64,000 nt of DNA from Pseudovirgaria hyperparasitica. Lineage: Eukaryota. The translations under genes were made by a program, and so were the position numbers. Shown one piece after another: positions 35,692 through 48,176 of the stretch. Positions within the stretch are counted from its first letter, which is position 1, and each line of letters opens with the position of its first letter. The notes under the pieces were generated by a model. The model did no database searches and was not told the DNA's origin. It saw only the letters and a list, made by a program, of their open reading frames with translations. The stretch lies in the NCBI GenBank assembly GCA_010093815.1, contig ML996583.1. One strand, given 5' to 3'.

Positions 35692-37464
35692 CTAGAGGAA
35701 CCGTGGACGAGGTTCTGAACCTCAAAAGCGTGGCGGACGACGATGTGTCCATTATATGCGGTGTGAGCCCATTTACTTCAATACCACCCTGCATTGCATT
35801 GTTTGTAATCATACTCTGCACACAGATGCCGATGCTTGGATCTGGTACCGCAAGTACCTTCTTCGGTACCAACAACCAACGTTTTCGTGGGATGCAGAAT
35901 GGGCAGACTGAGCTTGTCCACGCGTCTTGACGCGTTCTCACCATCTGCAAACGTCTTGTCAAGCAAGGCATCTCAAAGCTCGTCGTCTGGTTGCTCGCCA
36001 TTCAGGTAGGTTATGGGCACTTTTCATCTTCGATGTCTGGTGTTGGCGTCTGGTGGTTTCTTCGATGTAAGGCGGCTGCTTCGATCGGGACGGGCGCAAC
36101 AGATGCGTTAATCCCGAACGTAGTGGACTTCTGCCAGGGATGTACACCCTCTAGCCCACGCCCACGACATACTTATTCGGAACCAACCGAATAATCTATC
36201 GTCGACCACAGCTAAGAATACCATAACCTGTCCAGTCTATGGAACGACTACCACAAGCCTATTCGCTGTCGTTATATCGCGATCTGTACCTCAGTTACGA
36301 TTGGCAAAGGCATTTGTCGAGATACTCAATTTCCCTGGTGCCCTAGAGGCTGCCACTCGTTCATGCTGCCGTCATCCACTTTCAACGCTGGAATATTGGA
36401 CATCAGGGGCGTGCTATTCCTCTGCGACCGCAGATGGTCTAGCAATCTGATGGCTAATCCTGCCTCGTATCATCACCGTCCAACGCCATCTCGACCTCAA
36501 TTCACACGTGAGGCGCCATCCAACCAATAGTATCTACTTGCTCCACCCACGTCATGACCCTGCTCATCGGACTTCAATTTGACCTCCAGTCTATCACGCG
36601 GACGATCATTAGGCGCTCACTTCGTACTTCCGAAGCTCTGGGCCTTATCCACGACCCCGACGTACTCCTCAATCCGGTAGGCTCCCTCTTCTGTGGAGTA
36701 AGTGAAGCCGATGCTAACGTCGCACACTGATCGCGTTGGTTGTTCCATCACTGCAAACATCTGCACGTCAATAAAATTGGGTGGCACTGAAAATATGTAC
36801 TAGACGACAGGGGATTGGACTTTCAAGTCACCACTCATGGACATACGAGTCTGGTGGTGTCGTGACTACTTCTGTAACTAGTCAAGTGTTTCGTGACACT
36901 GCTTCTGGACTCGAGAGCATATGCAAGCTCATGCTGGCCGCCGTTGAGTAGCCCATAGAAGGTCCTATTGAGACCCCAGATGCGGGCAGTGGCAGAATCG
37001 GAGGCTTGGCTGCATAATGGCCCGTCGATCAGTTGCTGGAGGTATGTTCACTCTGGACTTCGTCTGTTTACAAACCTCAGATAAGCTTTGTTTTCTTTGT
37101 GTGTTTAATTTTGGCCCTGACTCCCTTGGACCGTGACTTCTAATAGATATTTCTAAACTTTTCAAAGCAAGGCGCCAGGGTTGAGGTAGTACAGACAGAT
37201 CTCTAGTACCTTTGACGATTCACATATTACTATCTTTGCGTGGTTCTGGGTTTTCAGTTGCCGAATACACATCCCGCTTAACTGTCTGGCCCTGAAGCCT
37301 TCTCAACTACTTGTGGTCCCATGATCAGTTCCAAATGTGTTGATGATCAACTGTCTACAAATCCATCAGGATCAACTTGCTATCGAGTTGTCACAGAACA
37401 GCCAGTGTCGGCTGTGCTATCTGGGGATCGCCGTATGCATGCATCGAAACATTCATTGATAGGC

Positions 37465-38818
37465 CTACCACTTGGTAAGCAGACCATAGTCTTTCTTGCT
37501 GATTCCGAGATCACCGAATATCGAGTCATCCCCTAGCAAAAGTCAGCTCATTGGTTGTATGTAGTATTTGGCAAGAGGGTCGAATTATACCATCGAGCTT
37601 GTCAACTCTCAACTCGTCCTCGTGCTCTAGCTTCTCCAATTCCTCCCGTGGTGTCTCCTTCTCCTCATCTTTCTGGTCTTTCTCGGTAGCCTCTACTGCA
37701 CCACCAAGTCCATCCTCCCCTCCCTCTCCAATCAACAGAATCTGCACATTCGCGTAGTCCAAATACTTCATCTTCACCGGCGCCCACGCCAGCCCTCTGA
37801 ATTCATCCACAAACCTGGAATACTGGTCAGCAACACTTCCAACACAGCAAACCATGCCCACTCACTCCTTTGGCCACTCCGGTCCCTGATCCAAAGTCGC
37901 ATTCGCCGGCCCCTTCCTCGCCGGATTCTTCACACTCACTGCCCAACTCCCCTGCGTCCGTATGCCCAGCTCCCGCTGCACCTCGCCCACGTCCTCCGGT
38001 ACCGTGAGCATATACGCCAGGTGCGTCGTGCGCCCCGTCTGCGTGACGGCATACACGCCCTCGCCCACGGCGCTCACAGCAGGCGTCCCACGCGTCCCCT
38101 GCGTCTTCGTATCATACGTATTCCCCGCCATAAACTCCTCCTTGAGATCCGCAATGCTGGTCCCCGCCTTCTCGACAAACGCCATGAAGCGGTCCGAGTG
38201 CGATTTCGGGAACGTCTTCTTCGGCAGTGCGAAGAGCCGGTTGTTGGTTGAGTCGGAGAGGGCGCCGGAGGTGATTTTGGCGTCGTGGGGGATGGGTCGG
38301 AGGACGAAGAAGGTGCGTTGGAGATCGGAGGCGGATTCGGGGTTGTCGATGCCGACGCGCGATCGGGTGAAGAAGTATATTATGCCTTTTTCGAGGATGT
38401 TGGAGGGCATGGATGCTGCGCGCGAGGAGGGTTGGGTTATGGCTGCGGCGGAAGCGAGGGTCGAGGGAGGGGTGTAGGATGTTGTATCCTTGGTTTCGTT
38501 CTTGGGTTCTGGCTTTTGCTCTTCGTTGACTTGAGGTTGGTCTTCAGTCTTCATCTGATTGTCCTCCTCATTGTCGTCCTCAGCGTCGCGGGACTCCTTG
38601 GCGCTGTCGGCGCCTTTGGCATTTTCTTCGTCCTGAATGGCTGTATCCTTACCTCCATTGCTTTTTTCGAGCGCAGGCATGGTTTCTTCGAGACTTTTCT
38701 GGGCCTTTTTTGGTGGTTCAGAAGACGATGCATCATCAATCTTGCGTTTATCACCTGTGGAAGCGCCATTGGCTTCCTGGGACGTCTTGTCACTACGTCC
38801 TGATCTTGTTGCGGACAT
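37465..38818 (-). CDS. Conserved fungal hypothetical protein (family often labelled 'BTB domain transcription factor'); 3 exons
   Basis: Charged N-terminus, then ILEKGIIYFFTRSRVG...RLFALPKK..P...DRFMAFVEKA...VGEGVYAV...HLAYMLTVP...SVKNP. GTGAGT and GTATAA introns join exon 2 (FVDEFRGLAW) and exon 3 (GDDSIFGDLGISKKDY...W*). The family label is from memory. Confidence 0.8.
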
Positions 38819-39170
38819 CGTAGGAATAAGTATCACCGACCAGCTGTGAAAATAGAAAATGTTGTATTATTTCAAAAGTCGAGGAGTTAATTGTAGGTCA
38901 ATTGATTCTGCCCGCTGCAGTTCCGATCAAGTCATACTTATGGCACATATACGTAACGCTTTGTCGCGTACAACTATACGCGTGCACGTCACAAAAACGT
39001 AGACGTCATCCATCGCTCACCCGCGTCCACGATCGACGCGATCCCCGAACAGGATATATCAAGTCGCGTATTCACGTGAGCCTATTTCGGATGCTCGTAT
39101 TGTGCAAGGGCACTCCATTCTGTTTGTAGATGATGTCTCACTGCCATCGACATGTATGCACTTGCACTGC

Positions 39171-40091
39171 TCATAACCTCGTCATGAACGCCGCAATCGC
39201 AGCACCCACACCCTCCGGACTTGGCGTTTCCGCACATACATCCGGCTCTAGACTAAATTCCGCCCGCAGGTAGTCCCTTGTGGTGGGGCCTATCGTAGCA
39301 ATATACATATTTTGCTTTTTCTCCGCACTGCTCATCAGACTCAGTGGATTCGCCTTACCCAAGTCCGCGTCAATAAGCCCCAAACTCTCCAGCATTGCTC
39401 TACAGCCGGTCGGCGAGAATACAACGACCCATTGCGTCGTCACGCCTCGTTCCCGGTGGGTTTGCCAGACCGACGTGAATTCGGACCGGAATGAAGCCAT
39501 CTCGCCCGTCTCGTAGATCACGAGCTCTGTTACAGTCATGGATGCGGTGGAGAGCGTCTTGGGAATGATATCGCGCCGCTTCTCGCCGACGAGGAATAGG
39601 AGCGCTGGTTTGGCGGGTTGAGGGAAGCGTTTGCTGTAGTCGTCGAGGATGAATTGGGCCAAGGCATCACCGTTCCCGGTTTCTTGGCCCAGGATGGGGC
39701 AGTGGAGATTGAGGGACTTCAGTCCGCGTTCGGTTGCCGGTCCAACGACGTAAAGCGGTAGGCTGGACGGTAGGAGAGTGTCGAGATCGACTGTGGAGGA
39801 AGTGCGGATGGCTTGCACGATTTCGGCGAATGCTTCGACGGCGCGTTGGGATGTGAATATGAGGCCTCCATACTTGGGGCTCGGTGACGTTGAGAAAGCG
39901 TTTGTCTCAATCAGTTGTTGCACCTCTTTTAATACAGTCTTCTTGAATTGGTGCTCGAGCACTGGAATGAATATGGGCTGATATATTCCATCATCCAACG
40001 CATTGAAATGCTCCTCATATCCGTCCGCAGGAGTAGATTTGGTCTTCAGTAGCAATACTGGGACCGAGATATGCGTCTTCTCTACACTCAT
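39171..40091 (-). CDS. HEM4: Uroporphyrinogen-III synthase
   Basis: VLLLKTKSTPADGYEE, GGLIFTSQRAVEAF, LYVVGPAT, GQETGNGDALA, LLFLVGEKRRDIIP, VVVFSPTG and ATIGPTT are fungal Hem4/HemD motifs. The first ATG is at 40091. Confidence 0.92.
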   Translation of the reverse strand: MSVEKTHISVPVLLLKTKSTPADGYEEHFNALDDGIYQPIFIPVLEHQFKKTVLKEVQQLIETNAFSTSPSPKYGGLIFTSQRAVEAFAEIVQAIRTSSTVDLDTLLPSSLPLYVVGPATERGLKSLNLHCPILGQETGNGDALAQFILDDYSKRFPQPAKPALLFLVGEKRRDIIPKTLSTASMTVTELVIYETGEMASFRSEFTSVWQTHRERGVTTQWVVVFSPTGCRAMLESLGLIDADLGKANPLSLMSSAEKKQNMYIATIGPTTRDYLRAEFSLEPDVCAETPSPEGVGAAIAAFMTRL

Positions 40092-40408
40092 GGTGGTTCC
40101 TTCAGGATCATAATGACACAAGAATGTCAACCGCACAGTACAGACGTTGTCTTGTGTCAATAGCCGAGCCGAAGATCCATATCAGCCTTACCAATGGATT
40201 CCGATAGCCGTCCGAATGCAGATAGCTCCAAGCTGCCGCCACAGCAGCTCCTACCCACAGCACAGACCTTCAACGTATTAGCAATCGATAAACCAACCTT
40301 GATGCCTCAGTCGCGAACCTCATTCCTTGTCCGACTGAGATGCCGGTGACATCTCTAGACCTCCCCATTCTCGCCCGCTTCCTCTGCGCCGTCGAATCCA
40401 CCACCGGC

Positions 40409-41127
40409 ATGCCACCTCAACCCCTCGATGCCACGCCTGAGCAGCGCGAAGCCGCAGCGCAAGCCGCTTCTACGGCAAAGGAGTTGCCAAAGGGAGTTGT
40501 CCTAGGGCCCGATGGGAAGCCGTACGTTGTTACTCTGCAGCCCACTGATGTATAATATGTGCATTTGAGACAGTGTTGCTAATGCTGCGCGTACATAGTT
40601 GCCGCACTTGCACATCGGCGGCAAGCTGGAAAGCCCTGACGCAGCGTGCTAAACACTCGACGAATACAACGACGAGTGCAACTGCATCCACAACTACGAA
40701 CCCCACCACAGCAGCAGCAGTAGCATCATCATCATCCTCCGCACACCCAACAACATCCCAAACAACACCCTCAAGTCTCTCCACCTGCCCGCCCGACGTC
40801 GACCAGCTCGGCCGCTCAACCTGGACACTCCTACACAGCATAACGGGCGCCTACCCAGCCTCTCCCTCGCCCACCCTGCAATCCGAGACCTCAACGTTCA
40901 TCCGCACATTCGCAAAGCTGTATCCATGCTGGGTGTGCGCGGACGATTTCCAGGCCTGGATGCGGCGGCCGGGCAACGCGCCGCGGGTCAGCAGTCGGGA
41001 TGAGTTTGGGCGCTGGATGTGCGATGCGCATAATGCGGTGAATGAGAAGCTCGGGAAGGAGAGGTTTGATTGTGCGCGGTGGGAGGAGAGGTGGCGGACC
41101 GGGTGGAGGGATGGGAGTTGCGATTGA
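40409..41127 (+). CDS. ERV1: FAD-linked sulfhydryl oxidase Erv1/ALR; intron 40522-40598
   Basis: GVVLGPDGKP|CRTC shuttle motif, CPPDVDQLGRSTWTLLH, redox YPCWVCA, WMCDAHNAVNEKLGK and C-terminal RWRTGWRDGSCD. An upstream in-frame ATG exists at 40340. Confidence 0.95.
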
Positions 41128-41633
41128 GAAGGTAGGGTGGGGAAGGTAGATTGGGTGTATATATTGAATCTGGAGGGTATTGCATTGACAGGTGTAGAAT
41201 ATTTGTCGAAGGGAGGATGTATATATACATGGATCGCAATGCACGATACAAACCCAATAGACTGCTTTATAAGTCAGATGGCATCGTTGAAAATGCTAGT
41301 CTATGTATTGGAAGACAGTAGGCTGAGAGAAGATGAGAGAGATTTAGCTCTCGCTCTTGAAGGCCGTTAGTGCCGTAAAATAGGGTTCCCACAACTGCCT
41401 TCATATGACCATGAAATTTGAATCCTGTAATGTTTTCCCAACTGACCAGTACAATCCAGAAGATGGCCAGTATTCAATGCAGTGCAACCACCGCCGCATC
41501 CCCCAACATTGATAAGGTCTCTACCATAACATAGCTATTCTGAAAAGCCGTGCTAGTGTCAATCCTTGAGATGCAATCACCATGGATCAACTGCTGGAAA
41601 CACTATGCAATCGGCCTGTGCTCAACTCGTAAT

Positions 41634-42907
<1,274 letters not shown>

Positions 42908-45403
42908 TCTGACAAGGAGCTGTCAAGCAGCAAATGAGGGCCGATAGATAGGTATGAAGAGGTATGAAGGTTGAGCGAGGATGAGCGAAACAGAGAGAGG
43001 TTGTAGAGTTTGTACTACTGCCTTTTGGTCAGCTCATATTCTAGAAGAGTGCAAGTGGTCATTTGAGGCAACACCGGTGAAGAGGGCTATTGAGGAATGC
43101 CGTGCAGCCCCAATCAGGGTAGGTGTAGCATCTAGACTTGTGAAGGGACCTCTTTGTTGGACCTCAACTTAGACGAGCTCATGACGCTTGCAACCATTGT
43201 CCCATGCGTCTGACAGGTGCCTTTATTCGTCATACCTTGACAAAAGGCACCGCATCACATCAAGTCGCATGTATGGTTGCTTTTGCTATCGCACACGACG
43301 GGTTGCATGATGCACACATACCGGCTACTTTATAAGGACAGCAACTGCTAGAGACTCGTCGGAGGACGTCAATAGGAGTTTGTCGGTCCGATGCTCCTTT
43401 GACTGTTGCGAGACTCACTGGAAGTTTCGAGTGTCTGTAGACTCTACCTCCTCTTGCATTCAAGATGGTAGTGTATGGTTTGAGTGTCGATGTTTATGCG
43501 TAAGGAGGAACCGAGCCTTGGGCTTCGTCGGCGGATTATGGCCTGTGCTTGGAGTGGAGTGATAGATGGAGGACTCGATACTATCTTGACGCAAGTTTGG
43601 AGGACGAGTGAACTCGGGGAGGACTCGCTAATGGTAGGCTGGGCAAGTAGGCGAGGCCGAGTGCTTTGTTTCGAGGCCCTGATCAAACTGTGGTGGTGAA
43701 ACAGTAGTTAGCGCTTGCGACATGGACAATAAGTGAGAAGTATAAGCTGATAGAAGCTGCGGTAGTTTGGCGAAATGCCAGGGCCGAAAATAGACATACC
43801 GAAGCGCAAGGCGCAGAGGCGGGAATGAAGCAAGAAAAGAGCTGCATGCACTGCGCTCTGCTGTGCCGCGGGGTGTGTGTCGAAGGGGGGGGGAAGAGGA
43901 GACGGTCCACGGGTGGTGGGGTAAATAACTGCGACACTGTAAATAGGCGCAAGCGCTGTGATTGCTGGAAGCGCTGTGATTGTCGAGGCAGTAGAGACGA
44001 ACAGGAGGATTCCGGACCCAGTGAGCGTCGTCTATGAAAATTCGACTCCAACGATCTCTTCCAACGGCCCTTTCATTCGCTTGCGGCTCGAAAGTAGGAC
44101 AGGGCGAGTGAAGTGTGGTGGATGAAAGCAATAATAACCGCTGAAGATGCTTGGACATTCACAGTGAGCTTCGCGCCTCTGATTGGTGCGACCTGCGAAG
44201 GGGCCGCTGCCATTGGGGTTAGCGTAAGGCCACGGCGTAGGGTATGTAGGTATTGGTTTACACAATGGATGTTGAGAGAAAGACAAGACAAGCCCTTCTA
44301 TCCGAGACCAGACCAGATCGACCTCCAGGCACCATGCGCGTCAATAGTCTTCATATATGGATGCTCGATGACCTTGAACACTTTCAAGCGCATGAGAACG
44401 ATATATTCCGAACATTTTGGCAAGGCGGCCTTGTTTCTTCGGCATAATTATTCCCACAATATGATTGGACGCCGTTCTTGTCCTTCATTTTGCTGGTGTC
44501 ATTCCGCTCTGCAGTCTTTTGGTTGTCGTCTTTGCTACCACCCTACAATGAAACAGGTCTATGCCTTGAACCATCGTGTGGAGGGTCTGCAGGTACCTGT
44601 CTAGCCTGCCTGCAAGAGATAAGAATCCGAAACATAGCCGTACGGACAGCCATCGTCGCTGGGCTAAGGATATCTTATGTTTAACCCCTATCCTAGTACC
44701 CTCAGCGTGGGGTTCCAACAGCGCATTTCGTGTGCTCTATTGGATTCTTTACTTCTTTGTAGCTGCGTGCGCAAGAGTTCAATATTATGTTGCGTTTAAG
44801 CAGGACCCACTAGGACGTGGCGGAGAAGTCGGGCTATTCCTGGACCCGTGAACTCATCGCTGGGGACACTGCTGGAACCCGAATCAGATCAATTGTATCC
44901 ATTCAAGTCCCATGGTTGTGCAGCGGCCCGAGTCCGACTACTTGGTTTGGGGTTTCGTAGCCTTGCTCAGCCTACCAACCTTGGGAGCCTTCATGAAAGA
45001 CCAATCAAAGCTGTAGTCGACTTTGCTGTATTGAGGTGACGGAATGACAGGTTTGCAAGAGGGTACGTTTGGAACTTTTGTTTGAGAATCTTATTCATTC
45101 ATGGTCCCTCCTTGATGAGAAGGCTGTATCGACAGTGATAATGATTGGAAAGTACTTTCACGAAGGTAGCTTTGCCACAGACATGACTAGTACTCCCAAC
45201 TCAAGATGCATATTTCAGCCAAACTCCCCAGTCAAGAACAGCTCATTATAACAATTTGCAGCCGCCATACACCTGTTCATATGCATGCACCTTCAGCACA
45301 TTCAACGCCGCCACGCCTATAACACTCATCTTGATCGATTTTGCTCTGACACCGAACCGGAATTAGTCCCACCCCACCAATTCCAGAACGAGAGCGCACG
45401 GAG

Positions 45404-45625
45404 TCAATCCGCAGAATTTCCCTTGGGCGGGTACTTTTTGCCATCCTTTTCGACTTTGGGAGAACAGATGCACCAGTCAGACTCAGGGATGCTGGACAAG
45501 ACCGACTGAATGTGATTGCCACAACCCCACCAGGTGGACTTGTCTGGTATATAGTTAGCTATTTGTCGTGAGTTAAGACACATGCGAGACATACGGCAGG
45601 TATCGCAGGTTGATTTCATGCACAT
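45404..45625 (-). CDS. 56-aa Cys/His-rich microprotein (putative zinc-binding); intron 45544-45594
   Basis: A canonical intron (GTATGT...GCTAAC...CAG) gives MCMKSTCDTCHKSTWWGCGNHIQSVLSSIPESDWCICSPKVEKDGKKYPPKGNSAD. Confidence 0.8.
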   Translation of the reverse strand: MCMKSTCDTCRMSRMCLNSRQIANYIPDKSTWWGCGNHIQSVLSSIPESDWCICSPKVEKDGKKYPPKGNSAD

Positions 45626-46206
45626 GATGCGATGAGGTCGAAGCTGAGTTTGTGTAGGTTGTTTTATAGGATGAGGTAAACAAGGATATCTCTTCGATAG
45701 TTCGAGCGTTGAGGAATGGACTGAAAGCAAGAAGCTACTTGACCCAGAGATAAATCGCAGGATGTGACGGTTCGTGATGTGAATAAGTCGGGACGAGGGT
45801 GTTGTAACGTTGGATATATAAGACCAGTGTTTGGTCGCCGTCCTCGGGTAGGTATCGCCGAATCAGGAAATCGAGGGCTACCATGCTCGGCGAAGTCAAG
45901 CTTGCCCCTCCTCAAGACTAGATCAAGAGATGCCCGTAATAATTCTTCGTGCGCATAGCCGAGAACGGTATGGCATGTATTTTCACCAGGAGATTGTTGT
46001 GTGAGCAGTCAAACACGCCTGAGAACATCATCAGAGACAGGAAAATCTGCAACACAAACGAACCCTTGTTCCCACGCCGTCCTGCAGGCAGAAAGTGTTT
46101 TATCAGTTCCAAAACCTCTAATCGGGTATACCTCAAATAGAACATGCTAATTTTCCGCTCTTATCATACATGAATTTTTTAATGCTTTGCAGTTCCAGTA
46201 TTACAG

Positions 46207-47706
46207 TCAGCGTACAGCAACTTCCGCTGCTTTCCTGACACGATTCATGACTGCCGCTGCAAGTTCACCGCCCGAGGTGTCATCTATGCCCTCTAGGAAG
46301 ATTGTATCAACGCCATTTCTGTCCAGCAAGCGCAATGCAGAAAAGAGTCCACGCGCAATTGATTCAGGAGTGTTCCCTAGGTCGACCTCCAAGATTTCGA
46401 TAGTGGATTCCAAGGGTAATGGGTATCGGCAGCAAGTAAGTGTGTCTTCTGGCGGAAGGGTGTCCAGAAGGTTTTCCAGTGTTTGCGATGAGTTCATCTT
46501 AGAATCAGAGGATACCCTGACTCTCAGAGTGGTTTCTGCTTGTATTTTAATACTGGGCGCCGGGTCTCCGGTCTGCACTCCGGATTTCGAATATGACGTC
46601 CAGATCATGCTTTTCATAATCCCGAGCTTTGAACCTTTTCGTGTAGCCTTGAGCAGCTCTTCTTGAGAAGGCTGTGTTGTGCCAGCTTCGTAAAGCAGTA
46701 CTGGTGCTTTGGGTGAATAATGCCTATACTTCATCCCTGGTGCTCGAGGTGCAGTACCATCAATTGTAGCGCTGTCTTTGTATCCAACCACTATATCTTC
46801 CCATCCGGCACAGGTTCTGAGCTGCTCAATAGTCACACCACCGGGTCGCAGGATCGCTGGTGGGCTGCTCAAGCCATCTACCACGGTGCTCTCTACTCCG
46901 ACAGAGCATGGACCACCATCGAGAATGGTGTGTATACGTCCATCGAGGTCTTCCAAGACATGTTCGGCAGTCGTCGGAGAAGGCTTTGTAGATGCATTTG
47001 CAGACGGTGCCGCCATGGGTACATCTGCAAGCTTGAGAAGTGCCAGGGCAAGGAAAGATCGAGGAATACGAGCGCCAAAGGTCTTTAATCCAGCTGTAAC
47101 TTCAGACGCCAGAGCACCATCATCGCGAGTGGGTAGTATAATCGTCAGAGGACCAGGCCAGAAGTTTTCGATCAGCGGTTTATATATCGCAGGGATAGGA
47201 TCCGAAGTGCCATCCGTACTTGAAGGGAGGAACCTCCTCAGCTGACTGAGTGAGTGAAAATGTACTATGAGTGGATTGTCGACTGGTCGATTCTTCGCAG
47301 CAAATATGCCACGTACCGCTTCGCTCCTCGTCGCATCGGCACCAAGGCCATAGACAGTCTCAGTGGGGAATGCGACTGGTATATCAGACTGCCTAACCTG
47401 TGAAGCGGCATTTTGAAGCCTGTGAAGGTCAGTGGAGCCATCATTCCATTTGATCTCCCAATCGTCCAGAACTGAGCTCTGTCGCCCGGAAGTAATTATG
47501 CGTCCAACTGACGATACATTGACTGGTACAATTTTGGTCTTGGCATCTCCTTTGACTCCTTCCACCAAGCTCCTATGCTCGTGTTCATCATTCATCATGA
47601 CGAAAGTTGACGGAGGTATTCGGCGCACGCGACTTAGCTTGGCTATCGTCTGCCTGACGAGTCTAGATAAGCTGTGTGACGCTCTGATTGCATTTTTGTA
47701 GATCAT
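46207..47706 (-). CDS. SUA5: Threonylcarbamoyl-AMP synthase (YrdC + SUA5 domains)
   Basis: VAFPTETVYGLGADA, KNRPVDNPLIVH, FWPGPLT, AAPSANAS, GVESTVVD, LRPGG and APGMKYRHYSP. The start is ambiguous (47730, 47706 or 47598). Confidence 0.93.
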   Translation of the reverse strand: MIYKNAIRASHSLSRLVRQTIAKLSRVRRIPPSTFVMMNDEHEHRSLVEGVKGDAKTKIVPVNVSSVGRIITSGRQSSVLDDWEIKWNDGSTDLHRLQNAASQVRQSDIPVAFPTETVYGLGADATRSEAVRGIFAAKNRPVDNPLIVHFHSLSQLRRFLPSSTDGTSDPIPAIYKPLIENFWPGPLTIILPTRDDGALASEVTAGLKTFGARIPRSFLALALLKLADVPMAAPSANASTKPSPTTAEHVLEDLDGRIHTILDGGPCSVGVESTVVDGLSSPPAILRPGGVTIEQLRTCAGWEDIVVGYKDSATIDGTAPRAPGMKYRHYSPKAPVLLYEAGTTQPSQEELLKATRKGSKLGIMKSMIWTSYSKSGVQTGDPAPSIKIQAETTLRVRVSSDSKMNSSQTLENLLDTLPPEDTLTCCRYPLPLESTIEILEVDLGNTPESIARGLFSALRLLDRNGVDTIFLEGIDDTSGGELAAAVMNRVRKAAEVAVR

Positions 47707-48176
47707 ATCATTATCATGGATGGGGTACAAGAAAATTCACTTGTGACTCAGAAGAGGCGAGATATCACGTGATATATTACAACCGTTTACAGGTCTGCGA
47801 ATATGGGGTTTCGTGGCCGTTGGTCTCTCGCTTTCATGCCACTATCATAGACAAGGTAGCATATGTGCTTTGGCACATGGACTAATATTCATAAGGTACA
47901 CTCGACGCCAAAATACTATCGTCCCCGGGGCCAATTCTTCATATTTCCAAAACACCCTGCAGGGCCTACACATAATAATGCCAATATCCTGACTATCGCC
48001 TATCAGAATTTGTGCACTACCCTAGAGAAGTATCGACGGTAACAGATTCGCTTGTCCACAATTGCGCCACCAAGAATAAGGCGCGTGGTATCATGTAGCA
48101 TTCTCCAGATGTTGCTATTCAAGCCGGTGAAATGCCACTCAATCATAAGAACTCCAGACTCCTTCAAAGATAGCGT

